From: a virus
Taxonomy: Duplodnaviria > Heunggongvirae > Uroviricota > Caudoviricetes
Virus record (IMG/VR): IMGVR_UViG_3300015188_000003
Span: 1-40,896 of that record
Strand: one strand, 5' to 3'
DNA length: 40,896 nucleotides
Shown: in pieces, positions 9,084 to 18,280 of the stretch
Numbering within the stretch: the stretch's first letter is position 1
Layout: each line of letters opens with the position of its first letter
Translations under genes and position numbers: made by a program
Notes under the pieces: model-generated
What the model saw: only the letters and a program-made list of their open reading frames with translations
Database searches by the model: none
What the model was told of the DNA's origin: nothing

Positions 9084-9193
9084 TCTAACCCTCTCTTGGT
9101 CGAAAGAATGTTGGCTAATTCCTTACTTGCATCAGACAACCGCTTCTTATAACCGTAACTACGTTTTATTACTAGGCGTTTTTTAACCTCCAT
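9080..9193 (-). CDS. small basic peptide (37 aa), not on ORF track
   Basis: ATG overlaps upstream stop (TAATG), own stop overlaps downstream ATG (ATGA), GGAGG SD 7 nt upstream; MEVKKRLVIKRSYGYKKRL... Confidence 0.45.
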   Translation of the reverse strand: MEVKKRLVIKRSYGYKKRLSDASKELANILSTKRGLE

Positions 9194-9807
9194 TACGCGG
9201 CCTCCAGTCTCGAGATAACCAGTAGCGCGGATGGTGCTGTACCCCATGCGGTTACGGTAGCTACTTGCGGGTATACACCACCGAAGTTAGTTCCGACGCT
9301 ATCCCGCATAATCTGAACGGCAAACGTCTGGCCTGCTGTTGGGTTAATAACGACGCGGGGTTCAATCGGGATTGTTACATCGGCGCTTACCAGTTTCGTG
9401 GCAGCTGGTGAGCCGTATTGAGCTCCGTTAAGAAGAATGCGCGATAACAGGATGGACGTGCCGCTGGCCCCTGTGCGCCCCGCCTGTAACTTGATGCGAA
9501 CGGCGTAGTTGCCAGCGGTGTTAAATGTAACCAGGCCAGCGGCATTAATCATTACCGGGCCGGATGCACTACCCTGCGCAGCGCCGAAAGTTAACTGCAA
9601 TGCTGTATCTACCGCGGTAGGCGCTTGTATTACGGTAGACGCAGCGCGGAGAACTTCAACCTCTTTAAACCCCGGAGTGGCGTAAATAGGCGAGTCAGCC
9701 ATCTGCGTCATTACTTCGCGTAATTTCGCGGGGGTGATAAGCCCGGTAGTGTTATCGGGAAGATTCGCTCCGATAAGGGTAAACATCTCTGACTTAGTCT
9801 TCGCCAT
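9193..9807 (-). CDS. virion structural protein (204 aa), function unknown
   Basis: Track ORF within head-tail gene string. Confidence 0.7.
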   Translation of the reverse strand: MAKTKSEMFTLIGANLPDNTTGLITPAKLREVMTQMADSPIYATPGFKEVEVLRAASTVIQAPTAVDTALQLTFGAAQGSASGPVMINAAGLVTFNTAGNYAVRIKLQAGRTGASGTSILLSRILLNGAQYGSPAATKLVSADVTIPIEPRVVINPTAGQTFAVQIMRDSVGTNFGGVYPQVATVTAWGTAPSALLVISRLEAA

Positions 9808-9809
9808 TT

Positions 9810-10322
9810 TTAACCCCGGTACACGTTAAACGAGAATCCATTGTTAAGCCCACCACACAGTAACGGGCGTAAGGCGTCGTCCGCAGCGGTAATAGAAGTT
9901 GTAGTGCCACTGTTGCCGTTGTTGAAGTATGTTACTGTTACCGCACCCTCAACACGCTCAGTCTGCACGGAACGCCCATCTGAGTTAGCCCGAACATCAG
10001 TACCCGCCCCGTACGTGGTGGACGCGATTACCTGCGCAAGAATCACCTGTTTTGGGATGGCATTGTTCGATACAGGGAACCCATTCAACGTCACGCCAGT
10101 GCGAGGGTATGCAAGAGACTGTTCGGCGGATACACGGCGACCGCACATCTGCGGTTCTGCAAGCCCGACATAAGTAGCACCGTTGCGCAAGGCCGCCTCT
10201 GCAGCGGTATCGTCTTCCGGTAGCTCAAGGCCATAATTAGCCGCTAACGCGCGGGCGTCAGCCAGACTAACGTAACTGTCGGCATTCGGGACTATTGCCC
10301 CCGTTTCCACGATTAACGGCAT
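9810..10322 (-). CDS. head-tail connector/adaptor protein (position-based)
   Basis: 170-aa ORF downstream of capsid gene. Confidence 0.6.
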   Translation of the reverse strand: MPLIVETGAIVPNADSYVSLADARALAANYGLELPEDDTAAEAALRNGATYVGLAEPQMCGRRVSAEQSLAYPRTGVTLNGFPVSNNAIPKQVILAQVIASTTYGAGTDVRANSDGRSVQTERVEGAVTVTYFNNGNSGTTTSITAADDALRPLLCGGLNNGFSFNVYRG

Positions 10323-10325
10323 AAA

Positions 10326-10493
10326 TTATTCCTCTGATTTCGCCCGGCGCTGGCGGCGTGGTGTCTCTTCTTTAGTCGATTCTACCACGGTGCCTTCTGG
10401 TGCGAAACGAGCATCTACCACACGGAACCCCTGACGGTTATACTCGCGCTTCTGCTCGATGGTAATCGGCATTGGTACGTATTTAATTTCCAC
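10326..10493 (-). CDS. small protein (about 55 aa), not on ORF track
   Basis: GTG start with AGGAG SD 8 nt upstream; sits between capsid terminator and next gene. Confidence 0.3.
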   Translation of the reverse strand: MEIKYVPMPITIEQKREYNRQGFRVVDARFAPEGTVVESTKEETPRRQRRAKSEE

Positions 10494-10510
10494 TTTAATT
10501 TCTCCTAGTA

Positions 10511-10537
10511 AAAAGGGGCCGTAGCCCCTTTGTTTTT
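10511..10537. terminator. rho-independent terminator after major capsid gene (AGGGGC-CGTA-GCCCCT + T-run)
   Basis: GC hairpin with flanking A/T runs directly after capsid stop. Confidence 0.7.
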
Positions 10538-10549
10538 ACTCCAACCGTA

Positions 10550-11518
10550 TTACTTGTCCGCGTCGGCGATTGCCAGAGTACCGAGGGTGTGTTTGTTCTC
10601 AGCAACAGCTTTGTCCCAGTTTGTCGCGGTGAACAGTTCTGCGTCCAGTGGAGATTTACCGCCGTTGGCAACATCCCAGCTATAGCCTTTCAGTTTCAGG
10701 CCGAAGCTGTAATCCGCCTGCCAGGTGGTCTGGATGCGGGTGTTACCGTTGCTGGTGTCAATGTTGCTGATAATGTCAGAAGCATTGTCAACGATGATGC
10801 CGTTTGCAACTACGGACAGGACCTTAGTCTTGTTCGGAGTACCGGCCCCGTACAGCGCAGGAATGTCAGAGATTACGTAACGCTTGCCGAGAACATCGAC
10901 AACCATAACGTTACCAGCAACGAACAGCTGGTTTGCGTTAGTCAGCGCTTTATCTACCAGCGTGTGATAAGCAGCACCAGTCATGATGTCGGTAATCAGC
11001 AGCTGAGACTGGTCGCCGAATTTAGCGTGGCTGTTGTTCAGCACGTTCAGGGACAGACCCGCGGTTGCAGATACGTCGTTAACCAGCGCGGCCTGACCAG
11101 ATACCGCCGCAACAGCTGCGCCAACAGCGGTGTTGAGCTGGTCCGCTAACAGTGCGTCAGAGAAGCCTTCGGAAATAGCACGAATCGCGCTTGCCGGGTC
11201 TTCGTTAAGCCAGGTCATTTGCGCAGGCTCGAACAGTACCGGTCCGAAGCCGCCAGCGACTTTAACGCCTACATGCTCGCCCTGAGTCAGCGCGGTAGCT
11301 GCCTGAGACGCGATAGCGGCGTAACGGTCAACGCGGCGTTTAGCGGAGGCAATCTGGTTAAAGAAAGACTCACGGGAGAAGTCACCGCGCCATGAAGCGG
11401 TAGACAGTACAATTGCGCCACCGGAGGCTGCGTTAAACTGGTCAGTTTTCTGGCCAAGCAGTTCGATAGTGGTACCGACGATATCGTCGTTATAAACCTT
11501 CATATCTGACAGAGACAT
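10550..11518 (-). CDS. major capsid protein
   Basis: 322-aa ORF directly after scaffold gene, followed by strong terminator. Confidence 0.75.
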   Translation of the reverse strand: MSLSDMKVYNDDIVGTTIELLGQKTDQFNAASGGAIVLSTASWRGDFSRESFFNQIASAKRRVDRYAAIASQAATALTQGEHVGVKVAGGFGPVLFEPAQMTWLNEDPASAIRAISEGFSDALLADQLNTAVGAAVAAVSGQAALVNDVSATAGLSLNVLNNSHAKFGDQSQLLITDIMTGAAYHTLVDKALTNANQLFVAGNVMVVDVLGKRYVISDIPALYGAGTPNKTKVLSVVANGIIVDNASDIISNIDTSNGNTRIQTTWQADYSFGLKLKGYSWDVANGGKSPLDAELFTATNWDKAVAENKHTLGTLAIADADK

Positions 11519-11524
11519 ATTCTG

Positions 11525-12151
11525 TTATCCTCGTTTGCCGTATTTGGCGTTAAGTTTTTGCTGGATTACGTCCGCACCACCGGCCCCGCCAGTAGAATTT
11601 TTGTTACCGGAAGCCCCGCCGCCGGTTGCTGCATCTGCTTTAATCAGATGCGAAAATGCTTTGTGCTCACGCAGATACTTTTTAAATTGCTCTGCGTCGG
11701 TGGTGATGACATTACCGTCTGCACCTGTGAACTTGGTCACAACATCATCGCCGTCAAATTCGGTCTTGACCATCATAGCGATGATATCCGCTGCACTCTC
11801 ATCAATCAACATGCCAGACAACTGGCTGATAACTGATTTACGTTCTGCGCCGAGGATACGCTCAGCCATTTTGCTAATCTTACCGTCTTTCTCGGCTAGT
11901 ACGGGCTCATACTGACTACGCAACGTTTTCTCGAATGCCTCAAGTTCGCCGTTCTGTTTCGCGCGTTCCTGTTCGGCTTTCAGCTTCGCATCTGCGGCTT
12001 CTTTAGCGGCAGCGGCAGCAGCTTTCTTTTCAGACAAGAGTTTCTCGTTGTTAGCTTTAAGACCTGATACCAGCGCGTCAACTTCTTCTTTGGTAAACGT
12101 GGTCTTAGTCTCTTGTTGTTCGATAGTTTCGTCTTTCACTTCTTCGCTCAT
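11525..12151 (-). CDS. scaffolding protein
   Basis: Coiled-coil Lys/Glu/Ala-rich protein just upstream of capsid gene; ATG (MSEEVKDE) with AGGGGA SD; track start 12202 is TTG. Confidence 0.7.
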   Translation of the reverse strand: MSEEVKDETIEQQETKTTFTKEEVDALVSGLKANNEKLLSEKKAAAAAAKEAADAKLKAEQERAKQNGELEAFEKTLRSQYEPVLAEKDGKISKMAERILGAERKSVISQLSGMLIDESAADIIAMMVKTEFDGDDVVTKFTGADGNVITTDAEQFKKYLREHKAFSHLIKADAATGGGASGNKNSTGGAGGADVIQQKLNAKYGKRG

Positions 12152-12230
12152 CAGTATGTCCCCTGGACGTTGGAATCCGGGCCACCCGGATTTACATGTC
12201 AAGAATAAATTATTCCAACATACAAGGCAA

Positions 12231-12494
12231 CTATTCCAGAATATTCCTCACATAATCCTGCAACATGAACACTTTCAGCCTTAGCTGCCGTACGCATTCA
12301 GCGTTCTGAACGTCGATAGCTAAATCCTCGTCAGCGTCGCTACTTGGCGCTGCCAGTTTGCACGGAGGCTGCATCATCGTCGTATCCGGTAATGGAATTA
12401 GCGTTTGCGACGGCGTGGGACTTGAGCAGGACGCGAGCATCGTCGAAAGTGCACACGCTGCGACCCGGCGTTTTAATGTATTTAACAACTTCAC
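12231..12494 (-). CDS. o-spanin (Rz1-like outer-membrane lipoprotein)
   Basis: GTG start with AGAGGTGA SD; lipoprotein signal ending lipobox LASC; Pro-rich; starts inside the i-spanin gene in another frame and extends past its stop. Confidence 0.6.
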   Translation of the reverse strand: MKLLNTLKRRVAACALSTMLASCSSPTPSQTLIPLPDTTMMQPPCKLAAPSSDADEDLAIDVQNAECVRQLRLKVFMLQDYVRNILE

Positions 12495-12726
12495 GGGTAA
12501 TCACCTCTGATTTCGTCTTGCCTTCGTTGTCAGCGGCGGCGGCCTTTGATTCGTCCTGCTGCTGCCGTTGTGTTTTCTTCGCTAACTCAGCCTGCGCTTT
12601 CTGCTGTTGCTGCGAAACGAGATTCGCCCGGCCTTCGCTCCAGCCGCTGCGATACTGGTAAATGCCGTGGGCGTAAGCCAGGATGATGAAACATGCTCCT
12701 GCTACGACAGTTGCTTTAAGATTCAT
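12340..12726 (-). CDS. i-spanin (Rz-like)
   Basis: N-terminal TMD ATVVAGACFIILAYAHGIY followed by Gln/Lys/Glu-rich coiled-coil. Confidence 0.6.
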   Translation of the reverse strand: MNLKATVVAGACFIILAYAHGIYQYRSGWSEGRANLVSQQQQKAQAELAKKTQRQQQDESKAAAADNEGKTKSEVITREVVKYIKTPGRSVCTFDDARVLLKSHAVANANSITGYDDDAASVQTGSAK

Positions 12727-12740
12727 GTTTCCCCTTTCTC

Positions 12741-12770
12741 GATAAGTAAAGCCCCGCCATAAAGCGGGGC
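12741..12770 (-). terminator. GC hairpin (GCCCCGC-CATAAA-GCGGGGC) plus U-tract; possible 3' end of leftward transcript from repeat element A
   Basis: 7-bp GC stem followed on - strand by TTTACTTAT. Confidence 0.4.
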
Positions 12771-12849
12771 GCTAGTCCTTATCATTTAAACATAGAAACG
12801 GCGTAATCTCAGTAAACCAGTTACTTTTTACACAAGCAATAGAGTATGG

Positions 12850-12979
12850 CCCTTCCGAACGCGTCAGCGTAACTACACTCAGGACTTACGTCCCGCTCCG
12901 TTACCTGCCCGCGCCGCGGTCGCTTGTTCATACTTCACAAGCTCAGGTGGAGCTTATCATATTTTTAGTGAAAAGTCAA
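12850..12979 (-). repeat. conserved ~130-bp intergenic element, copy A (candidate sRNA/leader; paralogue of 23858..23988)
   Basis: Long blocks identical to copy B with indels in the central part; contains candidate - strand promoter and an AAGCTC...GAGCTT hairpin. Confidence 0.6.
12951..12979 (-). promoter_or_regulatory. candidate leftward promoter TTGACT-N17-TAAGCT inside element A
   Basis: Conserved with identical spacing in copy B. Confidence 0.35.
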
Positions 12980-13045
12980 CTATTCGAATAGTTTATTCCA
13001 ACATTTACAATTCGGTGGAATAACTGGAATACGTAAATAAATAGT

Positions 13046-13074
13046 TTGCACACCCCAATATAATAGGGTACTAT
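13046..13074 (+). promoter_or_regulatory. sigma70-like promoter TTGCAC-N17-TACTAT with operator-like 18-mer (13060..13077)
   Basis: Same architecture as 4810..4838; precedes strong SD and + gene 13102. Confidence 0.45.
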
Positions 13075-13101
13075 TCAGTTAACTTAAACAGGAGGTGAAA
13101 A

Positions 13102-13305
13102 ATGTATGCAATTTGCGAAGTAGTTCAAGAGTTCGATGAAGAGTTCGACGGTGACTTGTGCCGGGTTAAAAAGGTTCTGCAGGTTTTCCCTGACGCAATG
13201 TCTGCTTACAAGGCATTAGATATATTTGAACCTGGAAGATACGGGGATTATGACACTGTTCTGAGGGTTGTCCATGAGCAGGATTTAAACACAAGATTCC
13301 GTTGA
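13102..13305 (+). CDS. small acidic protein (67 aa), accessory gene on opposite strand
   Basis: AGGAGGTG SD; own promoter and terminator; embedded between leftward head genes and spanins. Confidence 0.7.
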   Translation: MYAICEVVQEFDEEFDGDLCRVKKVLQVFPDAMSAYKALDIFEPGRYGDYDTVLRVVHEQDLNTRFR

Positions 13306-13335
13306 AAACTAAGGCCCCTTAATGGGGCCTTTTAT
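13306..13335. terminator. bidirectional terminator (AAGGCCCC-TTAAT-GGGGCCTT + T-run)
   Basis: GC hairpin between convergent genes. Confidence 0.7.
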
Positions 13336-13796
13336 CATTCTGGTTTAGCGACCTTCGCCGCTTTACTGACGGCCTCTACGCCACCGGCATCGGTAACTTT
13401 AACGAAGTATTCACCAACTGCATTAACCGTCAGAGACAAGGCCTCTTCCGGGGCGTTTACCACTTCCTTACCGTCTTTGTACCAGGTCAGAGCATACGGT
13501 GCTTTACCTGCCTTAACTTCGACAGTGATAGTTGCGCTGCCATCTGTAAGTTCAGTGTCTTTCGGTTGCACAGAGAAATACACGTCACCAGCGTCCGCCA
13601 GATACGGAATTTCATAAAGCATACCAGCGGCAGAGAGTGCGATACCTGTCTTGTCTGCGTACGGCATCTCGTCTACAGGTGTACCTAGTACACTTTCATC
13701 CTCAACGTAGGTTACGTTCTCACCGGAGCCAGACACACGAGCGTACTGGACTACGCGACGTGACGGCACATCAGTTACTTTGAAAAAGCCCATCAT
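13335..13796 (-). CDS. virion-associated protein with Ig-like C-terminal region (153 aa)
   Basis: Translationally coupled to upstream head morphogenesis gene. Confidence 0.6.
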   Translation of the reverse strand: MMGFFKVTDVPSRRVVQYARVSGSGENVTYVEDESVLGTPVDEMPYADKTGIALSAAGMLYEIPYLADAGDVYFSVQPKDTELTDGSATITVEVKAGKAPYALTWYKDGKEVVNAPEEALSLTVNAVGEYFVKVTDAGGVEAVSKAAKVAKPE

Positions 13797-14872
13797 TAAT
13801 CCCCTTTCAGATAATCAGCAACACGTTTATCGAGTTCCGCCATCTGCTTAAGCGTGAGCGGATTCCCGAAACCATCTACAGATATTACGCGAAACTCTTC
13901 CGGCGATATACCGCTGTTACGGAAAATCTTACCGCGAACAGGACCGAGCGCCTGGTCCTGAAACCATGCTGGTTGTTGTTTCAGGAACTCGTAATAGGTG
14001 GTGTCTGCGCTTACCTGAGTACCGCCGTCCGCACCCTTAGCCGCACGTTTTGCGCCTTTATCAAGGAAGTCGAACTCTGAACTGATTACCGGTGCAGTGG
14101 TACTTCGGCAATTAGGATGGGCTGGTGGCATCGGACCTTTACCGATTTCCCACGTCATTCCGTCTCTGGCCCTGCAAATCGTGCTGGTACGGCTGTCCAA
14201 AGTTGACACCCACTCATATTTCTCGATGATGTCGTCGTTCTGGCGGTACGTCTCGTTACGGGCCTCGTTGGATACGTGGGACAGCGCGGTGCGGATTACC
14301 GTAGTCGCGTTACGTTCTGAGATGTCGGCTAGTCCACCAGCGCCAACAACATTCTTAACAATCTGCCGTGTGGTTTGACCTTGCACAAAGCCCATCTTAA
14401 CTCCAGTTACAAGACGTGCTACTTCCGTTTCACCCCAGCCGTCCATCAGCTTAGTGAAATCAACGGGCTTGTCGCTCAATGATAATGGTTGAAACTCGGC
14501 AGCGGCCCATACCTGCTCAGCGGTAGGCGTAACAAATTCCGCGTCTATGTTGGCGGTCAGTGTCTTTACGTTCCACTCAGCCTCGTACGCCGCCAGTTCC
14601 TTAAGGTCGTCTGTTAGCTTTGTTTGCCAGTCACCCGTAATACCGGTTAGTGCTTCTTCCAGGTCGCGTAACAGTTTATTCAGTCGCGCAGTGCTGCGAC
14701 CGTCGTCACCGAATAACAGCACCTGCCGTTTGATTTCATCCCTTATCTCCTGAATGAACGGCGTGAGGTCTTTCACTTCACCGGATGCGGTGCGTTGCAG
14801 CCATATCTGATGGCTGATTAGGGATGTAAGTAAGCTCATAGATAAACCCTGTGGCGCTAAAGTTAATAGCAT
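13796..14872 (-). CDS. head morphogenesis / minor capsid protein (Mu F / SPP1 gp7-like, tentative)
   Basis: 358-aa ORF immediately after portal gene, the canonical position. Confidence 0.65.
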   Translation of the reverse strand: MLLTLAPQGLSMSLLTSLISHQIWLQRTASGEVKDLTPFIQEIRDEIKRQVLLFGDDGRSTARLNKLLRDLEEALTGITGDWQTKLTDDLKELAAYEAEWNVKTLTANIDAEFVTPTAEQVWAAAEFQPLSLSDKPVDFTKLMDGWGETEVARLVTGVKMGFVQGQTTRQIVKNVVGAGGLADISERNATTVIRTALSHVSNEARNETYRQNDDIIEKYEWVSTLDSRTSTICRARDGMTWEIGKGPMPPAHPNCRSTTAPVISSEFDFLDKGAKRAAKGADGGTQVSADTTYYEFLKQQPAWFQDQALGPVRGKIFRNSGISPEEFRVISVDGFGNPLTLKQMAELDKRVADYLKGD

Positions 14873-14877
14873 ACTAT

Positions 14878-14900
14878 AAGAAAGCCCCTTTCGGGGCTAT
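14878..14900 (-). terminator. hairpin AGCCCC-TTTC-GGGGCT with U-rich tail (partial terminator)
   Basis: Between portal and head morphogenesis genes. Confidence 0.4.
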
Positions 14901-14908
14901 AGGTGAAC

Positions 14909-16402
14909 TTACTGCTGAGTGGTGTCCTGTTGCTGCGCCGACTGCGGAATCTCTCCCGCTACCTGAGCAACAGAACCCAACGGCAGAGGTGCGTCTTCAA
15001 TAGCGTTCTGAATGTCCTCATCTGTCCAGTCAGTCACACCTGCCTTGCGCAACGCAGCATAGTAAGCGGTGGCGGGTAGCAGGCCAGCGTTAATATCCGC
15101 CATCCACTGAGCGCGGTCCTGAGCTGTCATAGGTTGCAGGAAGAATTCCATATTCAGCTTGAACTCAATCTCAGTATCTTCACTAAGCCCAAGCATACCC
15201 GCAACCCAGCGCAACGCATCGGTATACGCCATGCTTACATTACGTGCTATTGTTGCCATGACTGACGTGTCGGCGCCGCGTTGCAGCCGTGCCGATTCAG
15301 CGGTGATTTGCTGCGTCGGGGTGATAAGCTGCGCGCCAATCTGGATGGCCTGATTCTCTTTATCCAGCATATTCTGTTTGGCGAGGTTAGTTTCCGCCGC
15401 CTGAACCAGAAACGCATTGCCGCCGGAGCCGATGTTGTGGCCTGAACGCGACCCCATGCGTATGCCGTGTGGGTTGGCTTCTTTCCACTGCTCCATGCTC
15501 ATGTTCTCGCCGGGGGCAATGAACAGTGTCGGTTGACCTACTATAAAGCTGGCCTCTTCCACATCGGCCGAATTTCTGAAGTGTCCTATATTTAGCTCAG
15601 CTAACGGCAGTAAAGGCGCATCGTCTATAGTGGCGTCGTTGTTGCTTGCGCCGATGAACGTGAACGGAATCACCCCTACAGGAATATTACCGAGTTTCGG
15701 GAAGATTTCGATATAGCCTCCTTCCATCAGTGCGCCTTTCTGGTTAAAGCGGTACAGACGCTGGCGATACTGGCCTTCGAAGATGTCAAGGACGCGGTAT
15801 TGTTCACCATAGTTAGGGCTGAACTCATCCGTGCCGTCGGTGTACTCGTATTCTTCACGCAATACAACCATAACCACACGATTGACCGACCCGACGCGCT
15901 GAAGACGCCAGTTGATGATGTTCTCTGCGGTGTAGAAAGCGATTGTCGGGTTAAGTAATCCCTCGTTTTGCTCCGCCATAGTAGCGACTTCTACCGCAGG
16001 CGCGTCCACCAGCAAACCGCCACGACCAACAGCATCAATCTCATACAGGGTATCCTGCGCGTGCTGCCACAGACCAACGCCCGACCCATCGCAGTTAGTG
16101 GTCAGGTACTCCATCTGAGACGGAATAATCATCTCAGGGTCTTTGCGCATTACGCTACCTACCATGCCGGAAAGCGTTCTTTTGGTGAAGTTATAGCAAA
16201 TAGCCCCCGCTTCATATTCAGCCTGACGCTGGCGACCGTAAACTGGATCCGGCTCGTTCTTACCGACGTCACGTAAATATGATGTCAGGTCACCAGAAAG
16301 TGCGTGGCGTACCTTCTGCCATTTAGGAAAATATTCTTCGTACTGGCGGTGGCGGGTTTTAACGTTCTGCCCTTGCCCTGCGTTAATATTTGCGGAAACC
16401 AT
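14909..16402 (-). CDS. portal protein
   Basis: 497-aa ORF directly downstream of large terminase; AAGAGGA SD. Confidence 0.8.
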   Translation of the reverse strand: MVSANINAGQGQNVKTRHRQYEEYFPKWQKVRHALSGDLTSYLRDVGKNEPDPVYGRQRQAEYEAGAICYNFTKRTLSGMVGSVMRKDPEMIIPSQMEYLTTNCDGSGVGLWQHAQDTLYEIDAVGRGGLLVDAPAVEVATMAEQNEGLLNPTIAFYTAENIINWRLQRVGSVNRVVMVVLREEYEYTDGTDEFSPNYGEQYRVLDIFEGQYRQRLYRFNQKGALMEGGYIEIFPKLGNIPVGVIPFTFIGASNNDATIDDAPLLPLAELNIGHFRNSADVEEASFIVGQPTLFIAPGENMSMEQWKEANPHGIRMGSRSGHNIGSGGNAFLVQAAETNLAKQNMLDKENQAIQIGAQLITPTQQITAESARLQRGADTSVMATIARNVSMAYTDALRWVAGMLGLSEDTEIEFKLNMEFFLQPMTAQDRAQWMADINAGLLPATAYYAALRKAGVTDWTDEDIQNAIEDAPLPLGSVAQVAGEIPQSAQQQDTTQQ

Positions 16403-16413
16403 TTGTTGTCCTC

Positions 16414-17685
16414 TTAAAGTGCGAAAGTCACCGGGATGTTGATTACTGGTTTGCGAATCGGCATTTCATACGCGATGGGATATGTGGTCCCGTCATTCTG
16501 GTGGTCCACACCACCCGATTTATCCGGTTCGCCGTTCTTGTCGTAAGCCTGTTGCTCCAGGCATCGCGCGGTAACCGGGCAAGCCTGCTCATTAATCATG
16601 ACCATACCAGATTCAAGCGCCTTATTCATCGCCGCTACGCGGTCTTTAACCGGTGGGTTTGTCGATTTAGCGCGCACTTCGAAGCCGGCCTGCTGTAACT
16701 GGGCAATATCAGATGTGCTGGCGTTGTTACTTTTACGGTTTTTACCGCTTGCGTCGGGGTACATAACGATATAGTGGCCCTTACTTTTCCAGCGCTCTGT
16801 TACGGCTCTCACCACATCGGGCGTATCGGACATATCCACCAACTCGGCGACTGCATGCCAGACTTTGCCACGTTGCACGTAAACTGTACTAGCCATGTGG
16901 CCTACGTTAAAGTCCTGCCCGATATACAGAGTCTCGCCTGGTTTTATTGTTTCGCGGCTGCTGTTTTTCCTGCGGTCATAGGCGTAATAGACAGTCCCCG
17001 CCGTCAGGTTGACGAACTCGCCGTTGATGTAGGCGTCAATCAACTGACCTGGGTATGTGTCGCGTAACGACTGCACATAATCTTCTGGCAGGAACGGGTT
17101 AGACAGGGTGGACGCCTGAATCATCTCGTAGCCTGGATTCTTTTTGACTACCCAGCGGTCATGTACGAAACGGAATCCTTCCGGGGTAGTGAACACGGAA
17201 ACGGTATTAGCAGGTTTCGGTGTAATAGGTTTATATGTCCGCGGCAACTGGCGGTTACGGGCGATGACTTTGTTCCACGCGTGCTCGGCGTGCTCCATGT
17301 TAAGGGTGTCCAACTCGTCGATTTTCGCACGAAACGATTCGTAGCCAACGATTCGTGCTGGATTATCAAGTGTACGCAGAACAAAATCCCCAAATTGTCC
17401 GGAAGACGTATAGATTATGTTGTCAGACTTGTTGTATTTGTACCGGATACCCCAGTCGGTGAGCTTTTCTTCCATACGCGGTGCAAGGATGAGGCGCACC
17501 AGGTCATAAGTCGGCTCATACATGGCGATGATAGAATCGCTACCACCTTCCATGCTGTCGAGTAGTGCAGAGTTGCACATAACTTCGGATTTACCCGTAC
17601 CGAAGCCAGCTACGAATGCCGGAAACTTGCAATGCATACCGAGAAACGCGCCTTGCGGCTCCGTTGCCGTGATATTAACGTTCAC
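16414..17685 (-). CDS. terminase large subunit
   Basis: Walker A-like GFGTGKS near N-terminus; GTG start with AAGGTGG SD; overlaps small terminase. Confidence 0.85.
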   Translation of the reverse strand: MNVNITATEPQGAFLGMHCKFPAFVAGFGTGKSEVMCNSALLDSMEGGSDSIIAMYEPTYDLVRLILAPRMEEKLTDWGIRYKYNKSDNIIYTSSGQFGDFVLRTLDNPARIVGYESFRAKIDELDTLNMEHAEHAWNKVIARNRQLPRTYKPITPKPANTVSVFTTPEGFRFVHDRWVVKKNPGYEMIQASTLSNPFLPEDYVQSLRDTYPGQLIDAYINGEFVNLTAGTVYYAYDRRKNSSRETIKPGETLYIGQDFNVGHMASTVYVQRGKVWHAVAELVDMSDTPDVVRAVTERWKSKGHYIVMYPDASGKNRKSNNASTSDIAQLQQAGFEVRAKSTNPPVKDRVAAMNKALESGMVMINEQACPVTARCLEQQAYDKNGEPDKSGGVDHQNDGTTYPIAYEMPIRKPVINIPVTFAL

Positions 17686-18184
17686 CGGACACCACCTTAA
17701 TTGTTACTTCGCTGATTGGCTCGTCGCGTACTTCTTCGGCGACAACTGTTTTATTCAGGCCCAGTTTCGCGGCAGCAAACGTAGCAGAGATGCCCGCGGC
17801 CCCCGTTTCAGTGAAGTATGCCTCTTCCAGCGCCTGTGCTGTCTCCCAGGCTTCTGCAAATGCGGGAATCTCACGCAGCCAAAGCTTAATAATCGGGATA
17901 GTGACTCCGATGTGTAAGGCGAAGCGGGCCAGTGACGGTGGTTTATCCTGAATCAGCGGGCGTTCGTCACCCTTAGACGTTGGCACAAGCTCCCACGACG
18001 TGCGGTCGAAGAACTCGATTAACGCGTCACAGTAGTCCGGGTCCCACAATGCCGCAGAATTACGGGATGATTGATAAAGGCTCTGTTTACCGCGCGGTCG
18101 TTTACGGCGACGGTTTGCGCTAACAGCTTCTTCATGTGCAGCTTGTACCACCTCTGGCGATGGCTGCTTAAGTTTCAGCTTCAT
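17675..18184 (-). CDS. terminase small subunit
   Basis: Basic N-terminal region, immediately upstream of and overlapping large terminase; ATG (MKLKLK) with AAGGGGA SD; track start 18223 is GTG. Confidence 0.7.
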   Translation of the reverse strand: MKLKLKQPSPEVVQAAHEEAVSANRRRKRPRGKQSLYQSSRNSAALWDPDYCDALIEFFDRTSWELVPTSKGDERPLIQDKPPSLARFALHIGVTIPIIKLWLREIPAFAEAWETAQALEEAYFTETGAAGISATFAAAKLGLNKTVVAEEVRDEPISEVTIKVVSGER

Positions 18185-18280
18185 AGAATCCCCTTGCATA
18201 TGCGTCTGACCATCAGAGCGCACCAGACGCGCCCTACGCGTCTAAATGGATTATATAAGGGGATTGGGCGGGATGTACAG

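Noticed and set aside
12850-12979. Short ORF (about 36 aa, MNKRPRRGQ...) on the - strand inside repeat element A
   Set aside because: The matching region of copy B is frame-broken by indels, so conservation is not at the protein level.
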